Positions 63,951 to 64,000 of a DNA stretch of 64,000 bases are shown in pieces. Where the stretch lies: positions 28,148,001 to 28,212,000 of the forward strand of contig NC_043013.1 in assembly GCF_006345805.1 (NCBI RefSeq), given 5' to 3'. A program made the translations under genes and the position numbers. The first letter of the stretch is position 1, and every line of letters begins with the position of its first letter. The DNA is from Octopus sinensis (Eukaryota). Under the pieces are notes generated by a model. It was not told where the DNA came from. It was given only the letters and a program-made list of their open reading frames with translations, and searched no databases.

Positions 63951-64000
63951 ATATTAGTAAAGAAACCAGGGTCTTGGAGGACAACATTATACCATTCCTG

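Overview
AT-rich, microsatellite-saturated animal genomic DNA; the SINE/MITE repertoire suggests an octopod cephalopod (inference). Almost all of the six-frame ORFs are microsatellite or SINE read-through artefacts. Real content: (1) a young Penelope-like retroelement (PLE) insertion at ~7640-15280 inside a (TA)n tract, made of an inverted partial pseudo-LTR plus two head-to-tail ~3.64-kb units. Each unit has one RT + C-terminal GIY-YIG endonuclease ORF (~895 aa by consensus, broken by different single-base indels in each copy). Each pseudo-LTR carries a type I hammerhead ribozyme (CTGAAGA...GAAA, palindromic stem III, GUA cleavage site); there are three copies, one of them inverted. (2) One large minus-strand exon (22729-21271) of a probable MBD5/6-like gene, ending at a phase-2 donor in the middle of the MBD; no downstream exon was found, so the PLE is probably intronic. 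(3) A second, unrelated hammerhead-like core in a ~150-bp island at ~1.0-1.15 kb. (4) Many tRNA-headed SINEs of several families, MITEs (Merlin-like, hAT-like, piggyBac-like, Tigger-like), a decayed Tc1/mariner transposase and an RTE-type RT relic. Coordinates of the decayed repeats are approximate and were read by eye.
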